DNA of 64,000 bases, taken from the NCBI GenBank assembly GCA_963756875.1, contig CAVWPA010000003.1:1408001-1472000 (forward strand). Reading direction: 5' to 3'. Below are positions 1-10,892 of the stretch, piece after piece. Below the pieces are notes generated by a model. That model had not been told where the DNA came from. It did no database searches and saw only the letters and a list, made by a program, of their open reading frames with translations. Within the stretch, counting starts at the first letter, position 1; each line of letters starts with the position of its first letter. Both the position numbers and the translations under genes were made by a program. The DNA comes from an uncultured Verrucomicrobiae bacterium. Lineage in GTDB: Bacteria > Verrucomicrobiota > Verrucomicrobiia > Chthoniobacterales > UBA10450.

Positions 1-2103
1 AGTCATCCTGAAATTCGTCTACGCATGGGGATTCATAGCGGCCCGGTCCATGAAGTGAAGGATGTCAACGATCGGGAAAATGTTGCGGGCGCTGGAATTA
101 ATACTGCGCAGCGTGTGATGGATTGTGGCGACGCGGGTCACATTCTCCTTTCCAAGCGTGTAGCGGACGATCTTGCACAGTCGCGGCAATGGCGCCCGTA
201 TCTGCATGAGCTTGGCGAATGCGCGGCCAAGCACGGCATGCCGATTTTCGTGGTGAATCTCTACACGAATGAAGTAGGCAACCCCGAAGCGCCGCAGCGT
301 TTCAAGCAATTGCAGTCAGCCTGGCGTCCGTCGCCAGTTTATTATCGGCGCAAGGCAGTACTCCTGGTAGTCGGAGCGTTCGTTGCCGTGGCGCTGGCCC
401 TGGGTGCATGGTTTCATTTTCGGCAAACGCTCCAGCCGGAGAAAAGCATCGCGGTTCTGCCGTTTGAAAATTTCAGCGACGACAAGGAGAACGCCTTTTT
501 CGCCGATGGAATTCAGGACGACATTCTGACCAGTCTGGCAGAGATCAAAGATCTCAAGGTCATCAGCCGTTCCTCGGTGATGCAGTTTCGCAATATCGCC
601 GGGCAAAAACTGCGCGACATCAGCAAAATCCTCGATGTCGCGAACGTTCTCGAAGGAAGCGTCCGGCGAGAAGGCGACCGGGTCGTAGTGAACGTGCAAC
701 TTATCGATGCGTTGGACAACCGGCAGATCTGGGCGAATCGCTACGACCGGACACTGGTCGATTCGTTAGGTCTGCAAGGCGAGCTGGCCACTGAAATTGC
801 CGAGGCCCTGCGGGTGCGGTTGAGCCCCGAAGAGAAGGCGCGAATCGAAACCAAGCCGACGGAAAACCCGGATGCCTACGTCTTTTATCTGCGGGCGAAC
901 CAGATTGAACGCAACCCGGACACGCTGCTCGAAGATTACAAGGTGGCGAAGGAACTTTACATGAAAGCCATCGAGCTCGACCCGAATTTCGCGCTGGCCC
1001 ACGCGCGCCTGGCATCCACTGTCGCAGCAATCTTTCATTTCTGCGAACCGCTCGATCGCTGGAAAAAAATGGCGCGTGCAGAGGCCGATACGGCACTGCG
1101 CTTGCAACCGAACCTGGCGGGGGCGCATTTCGCCCTGGGCGAATGCATTTACTGGTTCGATCGGGATTATGACCGTGCGCTGGAGCAGTTCGACATCGCG
1201 TCGAACCTCTCGCCAAACAATGCCGAAATCGGACGCTTAATTGCGGCGATTAAACGCCGTCAGGGAAAATGGGAGGAATCGCTGAAGGCATACGAACGTG
1301 TTCAAAAGATCGATCCGCAGAATCCCAATACCGTCCGGGAACTTGTCTTCACGAACACTGCGATGCGTCGCTGGCAAGAAGCCGCCCGATGGGCGCAACG
1401 AATGCGAAATATGGCGCCTGCGTCGTTGGTGGCCAAGATTCAAAGCGGTTATGTCGATTTTTGGTGGAAAGGCGACACCCACTCGCTGAAGTCGTTGTTG
1501 AACGAAGTCCCGCCCGGAGTCGATCCGGACGGAGTGATCACGGCTACTCGATGGGACGTGGCGATGATCGAGCGCGACTATGCCGCAGCCAGACATGTGC
1601 TCGACACTTCACCACTTCAGTCCGTGTCGTACATGAATGGTGGGTCGACGCCGAAAAGTTTTCTGGAGGGCTGCATCTATCTCGCGCAAAACAACACGAC
1701 TGAGGCGCAAAAGAGTTTCGAAGTGGCACGGCAGATTTGGGAGAAGGAAGTCAAGGAAGCGCCTGCCAGCGCTGAGCGCCACGCCAATCTGGGCTTGCTC
1801 TACGGGTTTATGGAGCGCAAGGACGACGCGGTCCGGGAAGGGCGCCTGGCCGTGGAATTGAAGCCGGAATCGAAGGACGCGGTCGATGGCGCGATCATGA
1901 ACTCTTATCTGGCGCTGATTTACGCGCGGGTCGGCGAAAACGATCTTGCCGTTTCATTAATCGGACGATTGTTGAAAACGCCGGGCGCAGTGGACAGCGT
2001 CGATTACAGCATCACCGTCAACGATCTGAAGCTTCGATGGGAATGGGATCCACTGCGTACCGATCCGCGTTTTCAGAAGCTCATCGAGCAGGGGTCACGT
2101 TGA
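1..2103 (+). CDS. Class III adenylate/guanylate cyclase domain - TM - TolB-N-like - TPR protein (5' truncated by window edge)
   Basis: Frame open from base 1. Cyclase motifs RMGIHSGPV and GINTAQRVMDCG, a hydrophobic segment, KSIAVLPFENFS..FFADGIQDDIL, then TPR repeats (AIELDPNFALAHARL). Confidence 0.85.
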   Translation, partial: SHPEIRLRMGIHSGPVHEVKDVNDRENVAGAGINTAQRVMDCGDAGHILLSKRVADDLAQSRQWRPYLHELGECAAKHGMPIFVVNLYTNEVGNPEAPQRFKQLQSAWRPSPVYYRRKAVLLVVGAFVAVALALGAWFHFRQTLQPEKSIAVLPFENFSDDKENAFFADGIQDDILTSLAEIKDLKVISRSSVMQFRNIAGQKLRDISKILDVANVLEGSVRREGDRVVVNVQLIDALDNRQIWANRYDRTLVDSLGLQGELATEIAEALRVRLSPEEKARIETKPTENPDAYVFYLRANQIERNPDTLLEDYKVAKELYMKAIELDPNFALAHARLASTVAAIFHFCEPLDRWKKMARAEADTALRLQPNLAGAHFALGECIYWFDRDYDRALEQFDIASNLSPNNAEIGRLIAAIKRRQGKWEESLKAYERVQKIDPQNPNTVRELVFTNTAMRRWQEAARWAQRMRNMAPASLVAKIQSGYVDFWWKGDTHSLKSLLNEVPPGVDPDGVITATRWDVAMIERDYAAARHVLDTSPLQSVSYMNGGSTPKSFLEGCIYLAQNNTTEAQKSFEVARQIWEKEVKEAPASAERHANLGLLYGFMERKDDAVREGRLAVELKPESKDAVDGAIMNSYLALIYARVGENDLAVSLIGRLLKTPGAVDSVDYSITVNDLKLRWEWDPLRTDPRFQKLIEQGSR

Positions 2104-3844
2104 ATCCGAAAGAATTCTTCGCCGAACTAAAGCGGAGAAAAGTCTACAGCGTCGCGATTGCGTATGCCGTGGGCGCCTGGGCGCTGGCGCAGGGAATCGC
2201 GCAGGTTTTTCCCGTGTTCGACATTCCGAACTGGGTGGTGCGTCTCATCGTCTTGCTCATCATCCTCGGATTCCCGGTGGCATTGGCACTTTCCTGGTTT
2301 TTCGATCTCACCCGTTACGGGATCGTACGTACGCCTAAAATGGATCGCGAAACGATGCCACCGGCGGTCGATCTGGATCGAGCGCACTCTGACGAAAAAT
2401 CGATCGCGGTTCTGCCGTTCCGCGATCTTAGTTCAAATCGGGACCACGATTATCTCAGCGACGGTATTGCGGAGGAAATTTTAACGGCTCTTTCGAAAAT
2501 CGACAATTTGCACGTTGCTGCGCGCCGCTCTGCATTTTCGTTCAAGGGAAAAGAAGCCGATCTGAGCGAGATCGCGGACAAATTGAACGTGGAGCACGTT
2601 CTCGAAGGGACCGTGCGTCAAGATGGGGACCGCATCCGCATTACGGCGGAGCTGATTAACGCCTGCGACGGGTTCACGATTTGGTCGGAAACGTTCGAGC
2701 GGGAAATGCAGAGCATTTTCGCGCTCCAGGACGAGATCACGCATTCCATCGTGGACGCGTTGAAACTGAAGTTGGCGATATCGCCCCCATCCGCGATGCG
2801 CAGCGCCGACGCTTACGATTCCTATTTGCAGGGCCTTTTTTATTCGGACAAAAGTACCCGAGGATGCTCTGCGGAAGAGCCTGGAGTTTTTTCAGCGCGC
2901 TCTGGAGCAGGATTCGCAGTTTGGGCGCGCATGGACTGGAATTGCCAAGGCATGGCTCTGGCTGGCGGACGCCTACGTGTCGCCGCTCGAAGCTTATCCG
3001 AAGGTGCGCGAAGCTGCGTTGCGCGCATTGAGGATCGACAAAGAGCAGGCCGAAGCGCACGTCTATCTGGCTGAGACGAAGCGGATACTCGATTGGGACC
3101 TCGATGGCGCCGAAATGGAGTTTAATCGCGCGTTCGAGATCGACCCGAATTCAACGCCTTCGAACTATTTTATCGCTGCGTTTTACGCGGCACGCGGGGA
3201 CCGGGAGAGAGCATTGGCCTACCTGCAGCGGACATCCAAGATCGATCCCGCGTCGCTATGGGTGAACAATTTTGCCTGCGAACTCTATCGCTACTTCGGG
3301 CTTTATGATGAAGCGATTGCCGCCGGCGAGCGCGCGTTGCAACTCGATCCGGCGTTTGCTTATGGCGAGCCACTGCTAGCCGCGTTGTATCGCGAAATGG
3401 GTCGTTTCGATGAGGCGATCGCGCTTTATGAAAAATCGGAGAATCTCAGCGGCAGGCCGCCGTTTGGGCTTGCGATTGCATACGCCCGAATGAATCAGCG
3501 CGAAAAAGCGTTGCGGTCGCTCGATATGGCCGTGAAACGCCGAAGTGTACACCGCCGGTGACGCCATCGCGCACGTGCATGTCGCACTCGGCGAGCACGA
3601 CGATGCCATTCGAGAACTGGAACGCGCCTGCAAGGAGCATTCCTCATCGTTACACACGGTCGGCATTGCGCCGGAGTTTATCCCACTTCGATCCGACGAA
3701 CGTTTCCTGTCGATCCTGCACAAAATCGGTTTGGAGCCGAAGAAAGTCTTCGCGGTCTCCGCCATCCCAGCGCAAAATTCATCCGCCCGCGGCCAATTCT
3801 CTCCCTCTCTCCCTCAGGGAGAGACGGACGCGAAGCGCCAGTGA
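2100..3844 (+). CDS. Membrane-anchored TolB-N-like/TPR protein, split by two +1 frameshifts (~2858, ~3540)
   Basis: TTG start overlaps the upstream TGA. N-terminus FFAELKRRKVYSVAIAY and KSIAVLPF. Removing one C at 2857-2859 and one at 3540-3541 joins ORFs 2037-3074, 2977-3561 and 3545-3844 into one protein ending LRSDERF, as in the upstream paralog. Confidence 0.75.
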
Positions 3845-3869
3845 GGCCAAGGAGAGGGCATGGGAGAGA
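3797..3869. repeat. REP-like CT/GA-rich imperfect inverted repeat between convergent genes
   Basis: TCTCTCCCTCTCTCCCTCAGGGAGAGA ... GGAGAGGGCATGGGAGAGA; can form hairpins. Confidence 0.5.
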
Positions 3870-3913
3870 CGGATCCGGCGGCTGCCGGACCAGCGAAGCG
3901 ATGCGGAGCGCAG

Positions 3914-4783
3914 TTACTGGACGATCACGTCGCGTCCGTGGCCATGAGAACGGACGCCCATTTTGTGCAGATCGCGCGTGGCGAGTTGCATGGCGACGAG
4001 CAGCGCGGCGATCAAACCAAAATACAGGATCGACATGGTCCAGCGTTGCGCGGTTGTGACTTCAAAATAACGGCGTTCGTCTTCGCTGCGTTTGCGGAAG
4101 AGCGAAATAACGCGCGGCAGGGAGAGGGCCACCATCAGCCAGACGATAAAGTTCGGATATTTCCATCCGAACCAGATAAGAAGCGCAAAGCCAGGCAGCC
4201 AAAGCCAGCGCGACAATGCCGTGACGATCCGGCCGCCGTCCAGCATGCCCACCGGCGTGAGATTAAACAGGTTCAAAAAATAACCGAACCAGGCGAGAGC
4301 GATAAAAATAGGCGCGCCGAAGATTTCGCCTAACGAATTGCAGGCAAGTGCGCCCAGGGAACCGAGCATCGGTCCGCCGATGCCGACGCACGCTTCCATC
4401 CAGGCGTTGCGCGGCGCTTCTTTCAGCGCAATGAACGCGCCCATGAACGGAATGAAAACCGGTGCGCCGACCTTGAGACCGAATTTCTTCGCGACGATCA
4501 AGTGTCCGCATTCGTGCACCAGGAGAAGCAGAACGAATCCAGCGCCGAATTTCCAGCCCCACAACGCGGTGTAAACCCAGACCATGAGCAACATGGTGCC
4601 GCCGGACTTCAGGAGAATGGGCAAAAACTTGAGCGCCGGCAGGAGCAGAAACTTCAGCTTCGCGAAAAACTTCGCGATGATCACTCCGGCGGCAGCCAGC
4701 GGCCCGAGCGTTTTTCTGGTGCGTTTCCAGAAGGTCTCGCGCTGGGGGCCGGCCAGCTCGGTGCTTTGAATTTCACCATTCAT
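3914..4783 (-). CDS. Site-2 protease (M50 family) membrane zinc metalloprotease
   Basis: HECGH (HExxH), GGP and NLFNLTPVGMLDGGRI motifs; several TM segments. Confidence 0.9.
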   Translation of the reverse strand: MNGEIQSTELAGPQRETFWKRTRKTLGPLAAAGVIIAKFFAKLKFLLLPALKFLPILLKSGGTMLLMVWVYTALWGWKFGAGFVLLLLVHECGHLIVAKKFGLKVGAPVFIPFMGAFIALKEAPRNAWMEACVGIGGPMLGSLGALACNSLGEIFGAPIFIALAWFGYFLNLFNLTPVGMLDGGRIVTALSRWLWLPGFALLIWFGWKYPNFIVWLMVALSLPRVISLFRKRSEDERRYFEVTTAQRWTMSILYFGLIAALLVAMQLATRDLHKMGVRSHGHGRDVIVQ

Positions 4784-4789
4784 CGGTTC

Positions 4790-6316
4790 TTAAACCGGCG
4801 GGTCGCGGATCTCATTGAATGCCGCCCCAAGATGGTCGAGCACATCGCCGGCCAGAAGCGATTCTTCGCTCGCCCCCCCACGGAAGACTGCGATCTCGGC
4901 CGCGCGTCCGCACACCCATGCACCGACGCGGCCGGCATCGTAAGGCGCCAATTTCCGCCCGAGCAGTCCAGCGCACACTCCCGTCAGAACATCACCCATT
5001 CCGCCGCTGGCCATTCCCGGATTTCCAGTCGTGTTGTAGCAGATCGGCTTGCTTCTTTCGCAGACAATGGTGCGGCTTCCTTTGAACAGAAGCGTCACCG
5101 GAAACGCGTCGCAGAAATTTCTGGCCAGGCCGGCCCGCGACATTTTTCCGACATCGACCAACCGGCTCATCTCGCCGGGATGCGGCGTGACGAGGCGCGG
5201 CCCGCGACACCGTTGTAAAACCTCGATCTTTTCAGCAAGAATGTTTAGCCCATCGGCATCGACAACCATTGGCTGCTCGGCCCGTTCGATGAGTTGAAGG
5301 ACTTCGCCGGCCCGCGCTTTTCCCAAACCGGGGCCAACGGCCCAGATCTCGATATTTTCGTCCAGCAGATTTTTGTAGGAGCGAACCGGTTTGACCATCG
5401 ATTCAACCGGCGCGGCCGAGGCGACAATCTCGTAAATATCTTCCGGCACGAAAACTTCGACCAATCCCGCGCCTGCGCGTAATGCGCCGCGTGTAGTCAT
5501 AAGGGCTGCGCCGATGAATCCCTTGGAGCCGGCAACAACCCCGATGCGGCCGAATTGGTTTTTGTAGGCGTCAAATTTTCGCCGGGGACAAAGTGCATGG
5601 AGGGAATGTGCGGTGGCGACCAACTCGTTCGGCGCGCCTTCTTCCGGCACGAGGTCGGCGAGCGGGACGACTTCAAGTCGTCCGACAAAATCGAGCGCGG
5701 CATCGAGAATCAATCCATGCTTGGCAAATCCGACGGTGGCGGTGAAATCGGCGGCGACCGAGTCTTCCGGATCGGTTTCACCGGTATTGCCATCGAGGCC
5801 GGTGGGCAGGTCGACCGCGAAGACAAAAGCGTTTTGTTCGCGACGCAGCCGGTTAATCTCCTGGGCGGCGGTGCGGATCGGTTCGCGGAGAAAAGATTTT
5901 GCGCCGATGCCGAGTAAACCGTCGAGAATGATGGTGTGGCATGAGCTTCCAGCCGATGTAATGCCAGTTCGGTTCGGACCATCGGCAGGCTGCAGATGCC
6001 ACAAATCAGGCGCGTCGCGCAAGGCCTGCAGCTTTTTGCGCGTCAGTTCGCTGCAATCGCTTTCGGAAAACGGCAGGCGGATATCGATCTTCCATCCGGC
6101 CCGCTTCAAATGTTCCGCCGCAACCAATGCGTCGCCGCCGTTGTGACCTTTGCCCGCGAAAACGATGCAGGTCCCCGGGCGTGCGAAAAATTCCTGAACG
6201 GAGCGTGCGACGCCGGCGCCGGCCTGGTCCATTAAAGCTTCGACGTTAACGCCCCGAGCGAAGGCGGCTTCTTCCGTTGCGCGCATTTGCGCTGAGCTTA
6301 GAATTGGCGAGTCCAA
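4790..6316 (-). CDS. nnr: Bifunctional NAD(P)H-hydrate epimerase/dehydratase
   Basis: GKGHNGGDALV, AVDLPTG, VVDADGLN, TPHPGEM and GNPGMASGGMGDVLTG motifs. Confidence 0.93.
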   Translation of the reverse strand: MDSPILSSAQMRATEEAAFARGVNVEALMDQAGAGVARSVQEFFARPGTCIVFAGKGHNGGDALVAAEHLKRAGWKIDIRLPFSESDCSELTRKKLQALRDAPDLWHLQPADGPNRTGITSAGSSCHTIILDGLLGIGAKSFLREPIRTAAQEINRLRREQNAFVFAVDLPTGLDGNTGETDPEDSVAADFTATVGFAKHGLILDAALDFVGRLEVVPLADLVPEEGAPNELVATAHSLHALCPRRKFDAYKNQFGRIGVVAGSKGFIGAALMTTRGALRAGAGLVEVFVPEDIYEIVASAAPVESMVKPVRSYKNLLDENIEIWAVGPGLGKARAGEVLQLIERAEQPMVVDADGLNILAEKIEVLQRCRGPRLVTPHPGEMSRLVDVGKMSRAGLARNFCDAFPVTLLFKGSRTIVCERSKPICYNTTGNPGMASGGMGDVLTGVCAGLLGRKLAPYDAGRVGAWVCGRAAEIAVFRGGASEESLLAGDVLDHLGAAFNEIRDPPV

Positions 6317-7225
6317 TCAGTCCTCCGCCGCTTTTGAGGTCGATTTCTTTTTCTTGGCGGCCGTTTTCTTCGCGTGGGAACCGGATTTCGATTTCGCGGT
6401 TGATTCCGACTTTTTGTGCTTGTGCGATGTGGATTTTGCCGAAGATCTGGAACTCTTTTTTGACGAGTGCCTGTGATGGTGCCGATTCCTGTGATGAGAA
6501 TGAGAGATATCGGGATCGTGAAAGTGCGTTTGATCGATGAACGGTTGCAGGGGCACTGCATTCGCAGCAACGCGCGCTGAACTCGAAGAGCGGACGACCT
6601 CCGAGCGAGAGCCGATGCCCCGGGCGATTTCGTCAGCTAGTTTTTGCCGGTAGGCGGTGTTCAGCACATACCTGGCCTCCGTCGGATTGGTGAGAAAGCC
6701 GCATTCAACCAGAACGGCCGGAATTCTGGTCCTGCGCAGAACATAGTAGCCGCGCCGGCGCACCCCGCGGTTCGGCGTGGGAGCGCCTCCAGCGACGTAA
6801 TAATGGATCGCGGAAGCAAGCGGCAGACTATGGGAACTGTAAAAATATGTCTCAATGCCATTCGCTCCGGCCCGTTTCGCCGAGTTGAAATGAATGCACA
6901 CAAAAATGGCGTTGCGATACCTGTTGGCGATTGCCACTCGCGTCGGTAATGGCACGAAAACGTCGCTGTCTCTGGTCATGACGACGCGATAACCGTGCGC
7001 TTGCAGCACATTTCTGAGACGCACCGCGACGTCGAGCGTCATCGTCTTTTCGGCAATGCGCTGCCCTGGGATCCCGCCGCGATCGAAGCCTCCATGGCCG
7101 GCATCGATCACGACGACGGTGGAAGAATCGGACCTGGAATTACTGGACCGCGCCAGGGTCGGAACGCTGCCGGCAACTGAGACTGCGGCAAGGATCAAAT
7201 TGAGGCGGTAAACCTGTGAGAACAT
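6317..7225 (-). CDS. N-acetylmuramoyl-L-alanine amidase (Amidase_3) with His- and Lys/Ser-rich tail
   Basis: Signal peptide; VVIDAGHGG, TRDSDVFVPL..R, CIHFNS and PAVLVECGFLTN motifs. Confidence 0.92.
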   Translation of the reverse strand: MFSQVYRLNLILAAVSVAGSVPTLARSSNSRSDSSTVVVIDAGHGGFDRGGIPGQRIAEKTMTLDVAVRLRNVLQAHGYRVVMTRDSDVFVPLPTRVAIANRYRNAIFVCIHFNSAKRAGANGIETYFYSSHSLPLASAIHYYVAGGAPTPNRGVRRRGYYVLRRTRIPAVLVECGFLTNPTEARYVLNTAYRQKLADEIARGIGSRSEVVRSSSSARVAANAVPLQPFIDQTHFHDPDISHSHHRNRHHHRHSSKKSSRSSAKSTSHKHKKSESTAKSKSGSHAKKTAAKKKKSTSKAAED

Positions 7226-7227
7226 CT

Positions 7228-8107
7228 TTACTGGTCCTTCGGCATGTTGGTCGGACGCTCGGAAAGCTTCTGCACGGACTTGCGCACTGCCTGGCTAAGT
7301 GGTGCATCCATCATGCCTCCCGCGATTTTTATTTCGCCGTCGGCGACGCGAATGAGATGAGGCCTGGATTTTGTCTCCATGAAGGTCGCCCTGGAAAGAA
7401 GCTCGCCGTTCAATCCAATGCGAGCGTAAGCCCAGGTGCGCGGCGCCGCGCAATAGAGCACGTGCAGTTGATTGGCGCGGTCGATCTCTTCGTGCGGCTC
7501 GTCGAAAGAGATGATCCGGCCTAACGAATAGGTCGCGTAAACAAAGCCCTGGTCCTTGTTTTCGACGCGCACGTAGAGCGAAGTGTGGTCGGGAAAGCGA
7601 TTAGTTAATAGCGAGTAGGTGCGCACATCTCCCAGCGTGCCACCGGCTTCCTGTGGAACCCCGACCGTTTTCTGCCAGATCGGCCGGGCATCGGTTACTT
7701 CGAACACTTTTGTCTGCGAATAAAAATACTTCTTCAGGTCGGCGAAATACACATGCGCCCGGAGGCGATAAGTTCCGAAATCGTGGACGGGATAAAGCGG
7801 CGTGATATTGATCTTTCGCGTCACCTGTTTGCCGGTTCCGATCGTTAGCGGGGCTTCCCCCTTGGCCATGGAGACCGGCCCGATCGGCTGGCTCTCGGTC
7901 CCGGTCACCTCAAAGCCAAACCAGTTTTGTCCGTTCTCATCGCGGAGATCGATGTCGCGCCCGGCCAGATTGGTGATCACCAGATGGGCCACCACCGGCT
8001 CGTACGCGATGTATTGGAGACGCGTCAATTTGAGATCGACCTGAATCTGTCCGAATGCTGGGGACGCGAGCAGTACCGAGGCTCGCGCAAAGCGGCGTGA
8101 ACTTCAT
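7228..8107 (-). CDS. Exported hypothetical protein (apparent +1 frameshift at ~8076)
   Basis: ORF 7228-8028. Deleting one base at 8076-8077 gives a signal peptide from the ATG at 8107: MKFTPLCASLVLLASPAFG-QIQVDLKLTRLQY. Confidence 0.65.
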
Positions 8108-8165
8108 GAATCGATAAAGTAACGCAACTCGCCGCATAGGAAAGCAGATGTCGAATTCTCTCGAC

Positions 8166-8849
8166 TCAGGCGCTTTGCCGGCGCGCAGTGACGGATTTTT
8201 GCTGCTTGTGAAGATTAAGCGCTTCAATCAACGCTTCGTCCCATGGCGCGGTGATCGTTTCGACCGGTGGCCTTACGCTGCGATCGTAGGCGAATTCCAC
8301 GTAGCCCCACCCAACGAGTTCGAACAGAGCGTCCGCTCCGCGCGCGGCGCTCGTCTCGGCATGGATCAACCTCCCGCCGCGCAGAAAAAGAAAACCGCTT
8401 CGTTCCTCTTTCACCATCTGAATGGCGCCGCTGCGACCTCCCAGACAGCACATTTGCAGGACATCGACAACGTGAAATAAGTCAGGCGCGTCCGCGCTCG
8501 CATTTTGCGCGCGTTGAATCGCCTCAAGCAGCGCGTCACCGTCAATCGGTTCCGGAAAAACTTTCGTTTCCGCCACTTCCAGTCGTTGTTCGGATACGGG
8601 GTAGGTCGGGAGAAACAATGTTTGCAGGCCGGGAAAAATTTCGCTGAGCGACCCGCCCAGTGATAATCCGTCGATTCCATCCGCTTCCAGTTGCGTAAGG
8701 AGCAGCGCGCATTTCGAATGGTGCCGTCCCCATTTAATGGCGTCGTCGTCACTGCCGACGAGGTCGCAACCGTGCCCGGAGTACTCCTTGACCATTCGCA
8801 CCAGTTGCTCGCCCATTTCGGCGTCACTGTGCACGATCAATAATTGCAT
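8166..8849 (-). CDS. Degenerate receiver domain plus DUF4388-like domain protein
   Basis: Receiver-like N-terminus lacking the acidic residues (LLIVHSD). C-terminus VVDVLQMCCLGGRSGAI..GFLFLRGGRLIHA..GADALFELVGW is typical of DUF4388. Confidence 0.75.
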   Translation of the reverse strand: MQLLIVHSDAEMGEQLVRMVKEYSGHGCDLVGSDDDAIKWGRHHSKCALLLTQLEADGIDGLSLGGSLSEIFPGLQTLFLPTYPVSEQRLEVAETKVFPEPIDGDALLEAIQRAQNASADAPDLFHVVDVLQMCCLGGRSGAIQMVKEERSGFLFLRGGRLIHAETSAARGADALFELVGWGYVEFAYDRSVRPPVETITAPWDEALIEALNLHKQQKSVTARRQSA

Positions 8850-9988
8850 TACTGCGAAGAAGCGGTGGAGGGCGGCGGGTAAAGTTTTAGTAACTTGCTG
8901 GGATTAGCACGAGCGGCTTGTAACCGGTCATTGTAATAAACCCGGACGATATAGCCTAGATATTTTCGCTGCCCGGCGTCCGGCGGCGGCGTTGCCTTGG
9001 CGATCGCCTTGCTTTTCTTCGCAGGATTAATCGCGGCCGCGGCTGCGGTCAAGGCTGCTTCCGAGGACAAAACCCGGTTTTTGGGACGAACGTAAGTCAC
9101 GGCAAGGGTTTCTGTGTCGGTATTGGCCCAGTCGTGATTCGGCGTGAGCCATTCGTAACCGACGTCGGCATCGGTCAACACGGGTTGCGGGTTTTCGCCC
9201 ACGGTATCGTAGAAGAAGACCTGGATTTTCACCTTCGTATGGTCGATCAGCGCATTTGCCCGCTTCTTTACACCGATTCGCAGCATCAGATTCGTATCGG
9301 CATCGGGATCGGGCGTCTCCGTTTCCTGCACGTCGTTGATCGCAAGCGTCGAACCGGCGGACAATCCTTTCTCGTCAGGATGCATTGCCACCGTGCTAAG
9401 GGATGGGGTTCCGGCTATCCCGGGGCCCATGGCCGAAGGCAGTGGCACGCCCGTCTTCAATTTTGTTTCCGCAAGTTCGTAGGCGGGCCCGGCGGATGGA
9501 CCGATGTCCACGATTCTGCGCCAGGTAGCAGCCGAGCGGTCAAAATTCTGGATCGATTCGTAGATCGTCGCCATCTCGGCAAGGATCTGCGCGTTTTTGG
9601 GGTCCTTCTCCGACGCTTCCTGCAAACGGGCAAGGGCGGTCGTGGTATCGCCGCGTTGGCGCAATGCGGTTGCCTCCTTGAAAAGCCGGGCCGCGGCGGA
9701 TAACGCCGCCGTCGACGGGGGAATTCCCGGCGAAATTGCCGGTGCGACTGGCGGTAGTGGCATCGGCGATGCGACCGTCAGTTTTACCGGTGGTGCAGAG
9801 GGCGCAGCCATTTTCACCGGGACGACGGCAGGAGCCGTTGCAGTGCGAACGGGATGCATTCGGCCGAGACCGAGATAATAAAAGCCTGCGCCTAAAATTT
9901 CCGCCACTGCGAAAAGGACAACCAATCCAAGGCCGATGTTAAAGCTTCTGTCGGCGCGTGGCGATGAATGGAAGGTGAGGGCCCGCAT
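8849..9988 (-). CDS. Membrane-anchored Pro-rich TPR protein
   Basis: N-terminal TM helix, Pro/Ala linker, TPR-like helices (DPKNAQILAEMATIYE); overlaps the next gene by 1 nt. Confidence 0.7.
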   Translation of the reverse strand: MRALTFHSSPRADRSFNIGLGLVVLFAVAEILGAGFYYLGLGRMHPVRTATAPAVVPVKMAAPSAPPVKLTVASPMPLPPVAPAISPGIPPSTAALSAAARLFKEATALRQRGDTTTALARLQEASEKDPKNAQILAEMATIYESIQNFDRSAATWRRIVDIGPSAGPAYELAETKLKTGVPLPSAMGPGIAGTPSLSTVAMHPDEKGLSAGSTLAINDVQETETPDPDADTNLMLRIGVKKRANALIDHTKVKIQVFFYDTVGENPQPVLTDADVGYEWLTPNHDWANTDTETLAVTYVRPKNRVLSSEAALTAAAAAINPAKKSKAIAKATPPPDAGQRKYLGYIVRVYYNDRLQAARANPSKLLKLYPPPSTASSQ

Positions 9989-9996
9989 CGTAGTGA

Positions 9997-10027
9997 ATTA
10001 TATTTTTTAACTGGGCAAGGCTGTCAA
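9997..10027 (-). promoter_or_regulatory. Sigma70-type promoter TTGACA-19-TATAAT, probably leaderless transcript
   Basis: Minus-strand TTGACA (10027-10022) and TATAAT (10002-9997). The -10 box ends 8 nt before the ATG at 9988. Confidence 0.65.
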
Positions 10028-10107
10028 ATGCGCAAATCCGAAGACCTGGTCATCATTAGACTCATGATTTGCGGCGGCGCTCGAAAAAAAGGCCCTCTCG
10101 AGTGGCT

Positions 10108-10602
10108 TTAACGCGAAATATCGGTCTGGCTCAGGATCCTGAATCCGGCCCCTGTCAGCACGGAGGAGGCGCACTCGTTGTCGTCGACGTGTAATGCGAG
10201 CGCAGCCAGACCGCGGGGCCGGGTCAGCAGGGGATAGGTAAAATGGACGTTCACTTCAGCGGTGAACAGGGTGGCTAAAAGCTTGGCCAGTTGCGTGGCG
10301 ACCTCGTGCAACTCGACCACGACGACCTCGCACATGCCAAATGCGATATTGTTTTGCTTGAACAACTGGGCCACCCCGTCGGGATCGCTGACTACGATCC
10401 GAGCGATGGCCGAGTCGGTTGATTCCGAGACGCTGATTGCCACGACATGACTATGGTGAGAGTTGAGCAGTTTCACCACTTCCAGCATCGCGCCGACTTT
10501 GTTCGGCAGGAAAACCGAGAACTGTTTCACGAGCGGTCCGCTCAGCTTCGAAGTTGTTTCTGGTAGATCGACTGGCATATGAGATGGAACGAGTCCCGCC
10601 AT
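10108..10602 (-). CDS. Tandem ACT-domain protein (start may be 10578)
   Basis: VKQFSVFLPNKVGAM, ARIVVSDPD and EVNVHFTYP ACT signatures. Confidence 0.8.
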   Translation of the reverse strand: MAGLVPSHMPVDLPETTSKLSGPLVKQFSVFLPNKVGAMLEVVKLLNSHHSHVVAISVSESTDSAIARIVVSDPDGVAQLFKQNNIAFGMCEVVVVELHEVATQLAKLLATLFTAEVNVHFTYPLLTRPRGLAALALHVDDNECASSVLTGAGFRILSQTDISR

Positions 10603-10892
10603 GGCGGGACTTGATGCTAAAAGTAATGCGCCTTTGGCGCCGAGTTAGCATCGCCCGACGGAGCGGCCGATCCACTCTGGACTATTTCTTGTCGCTGTTT
10701 GCTTTGCAAACCAATATCTCGATCCCATCGAATCGCCGTCCGCTCGGACGGTCGGTCTTGTAGCGGCATTTGTGTCAAATGCCGAATCATCTACAGAGGC
10801 GCCAAACGCCTGAAGCTGGTTTCGCTGTAGTCGGTTGCTCTCTACAATATCAGACTGTTCATTTTACGTCGGCGATTTAGATTCGGCCAGAA

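Noticed and set aside
9997..10027. 19-bp spacer as a MerR-type promoter
   Set aside because: No dyad in the spacer and no merR nearby. The T run may contain an insertion error.
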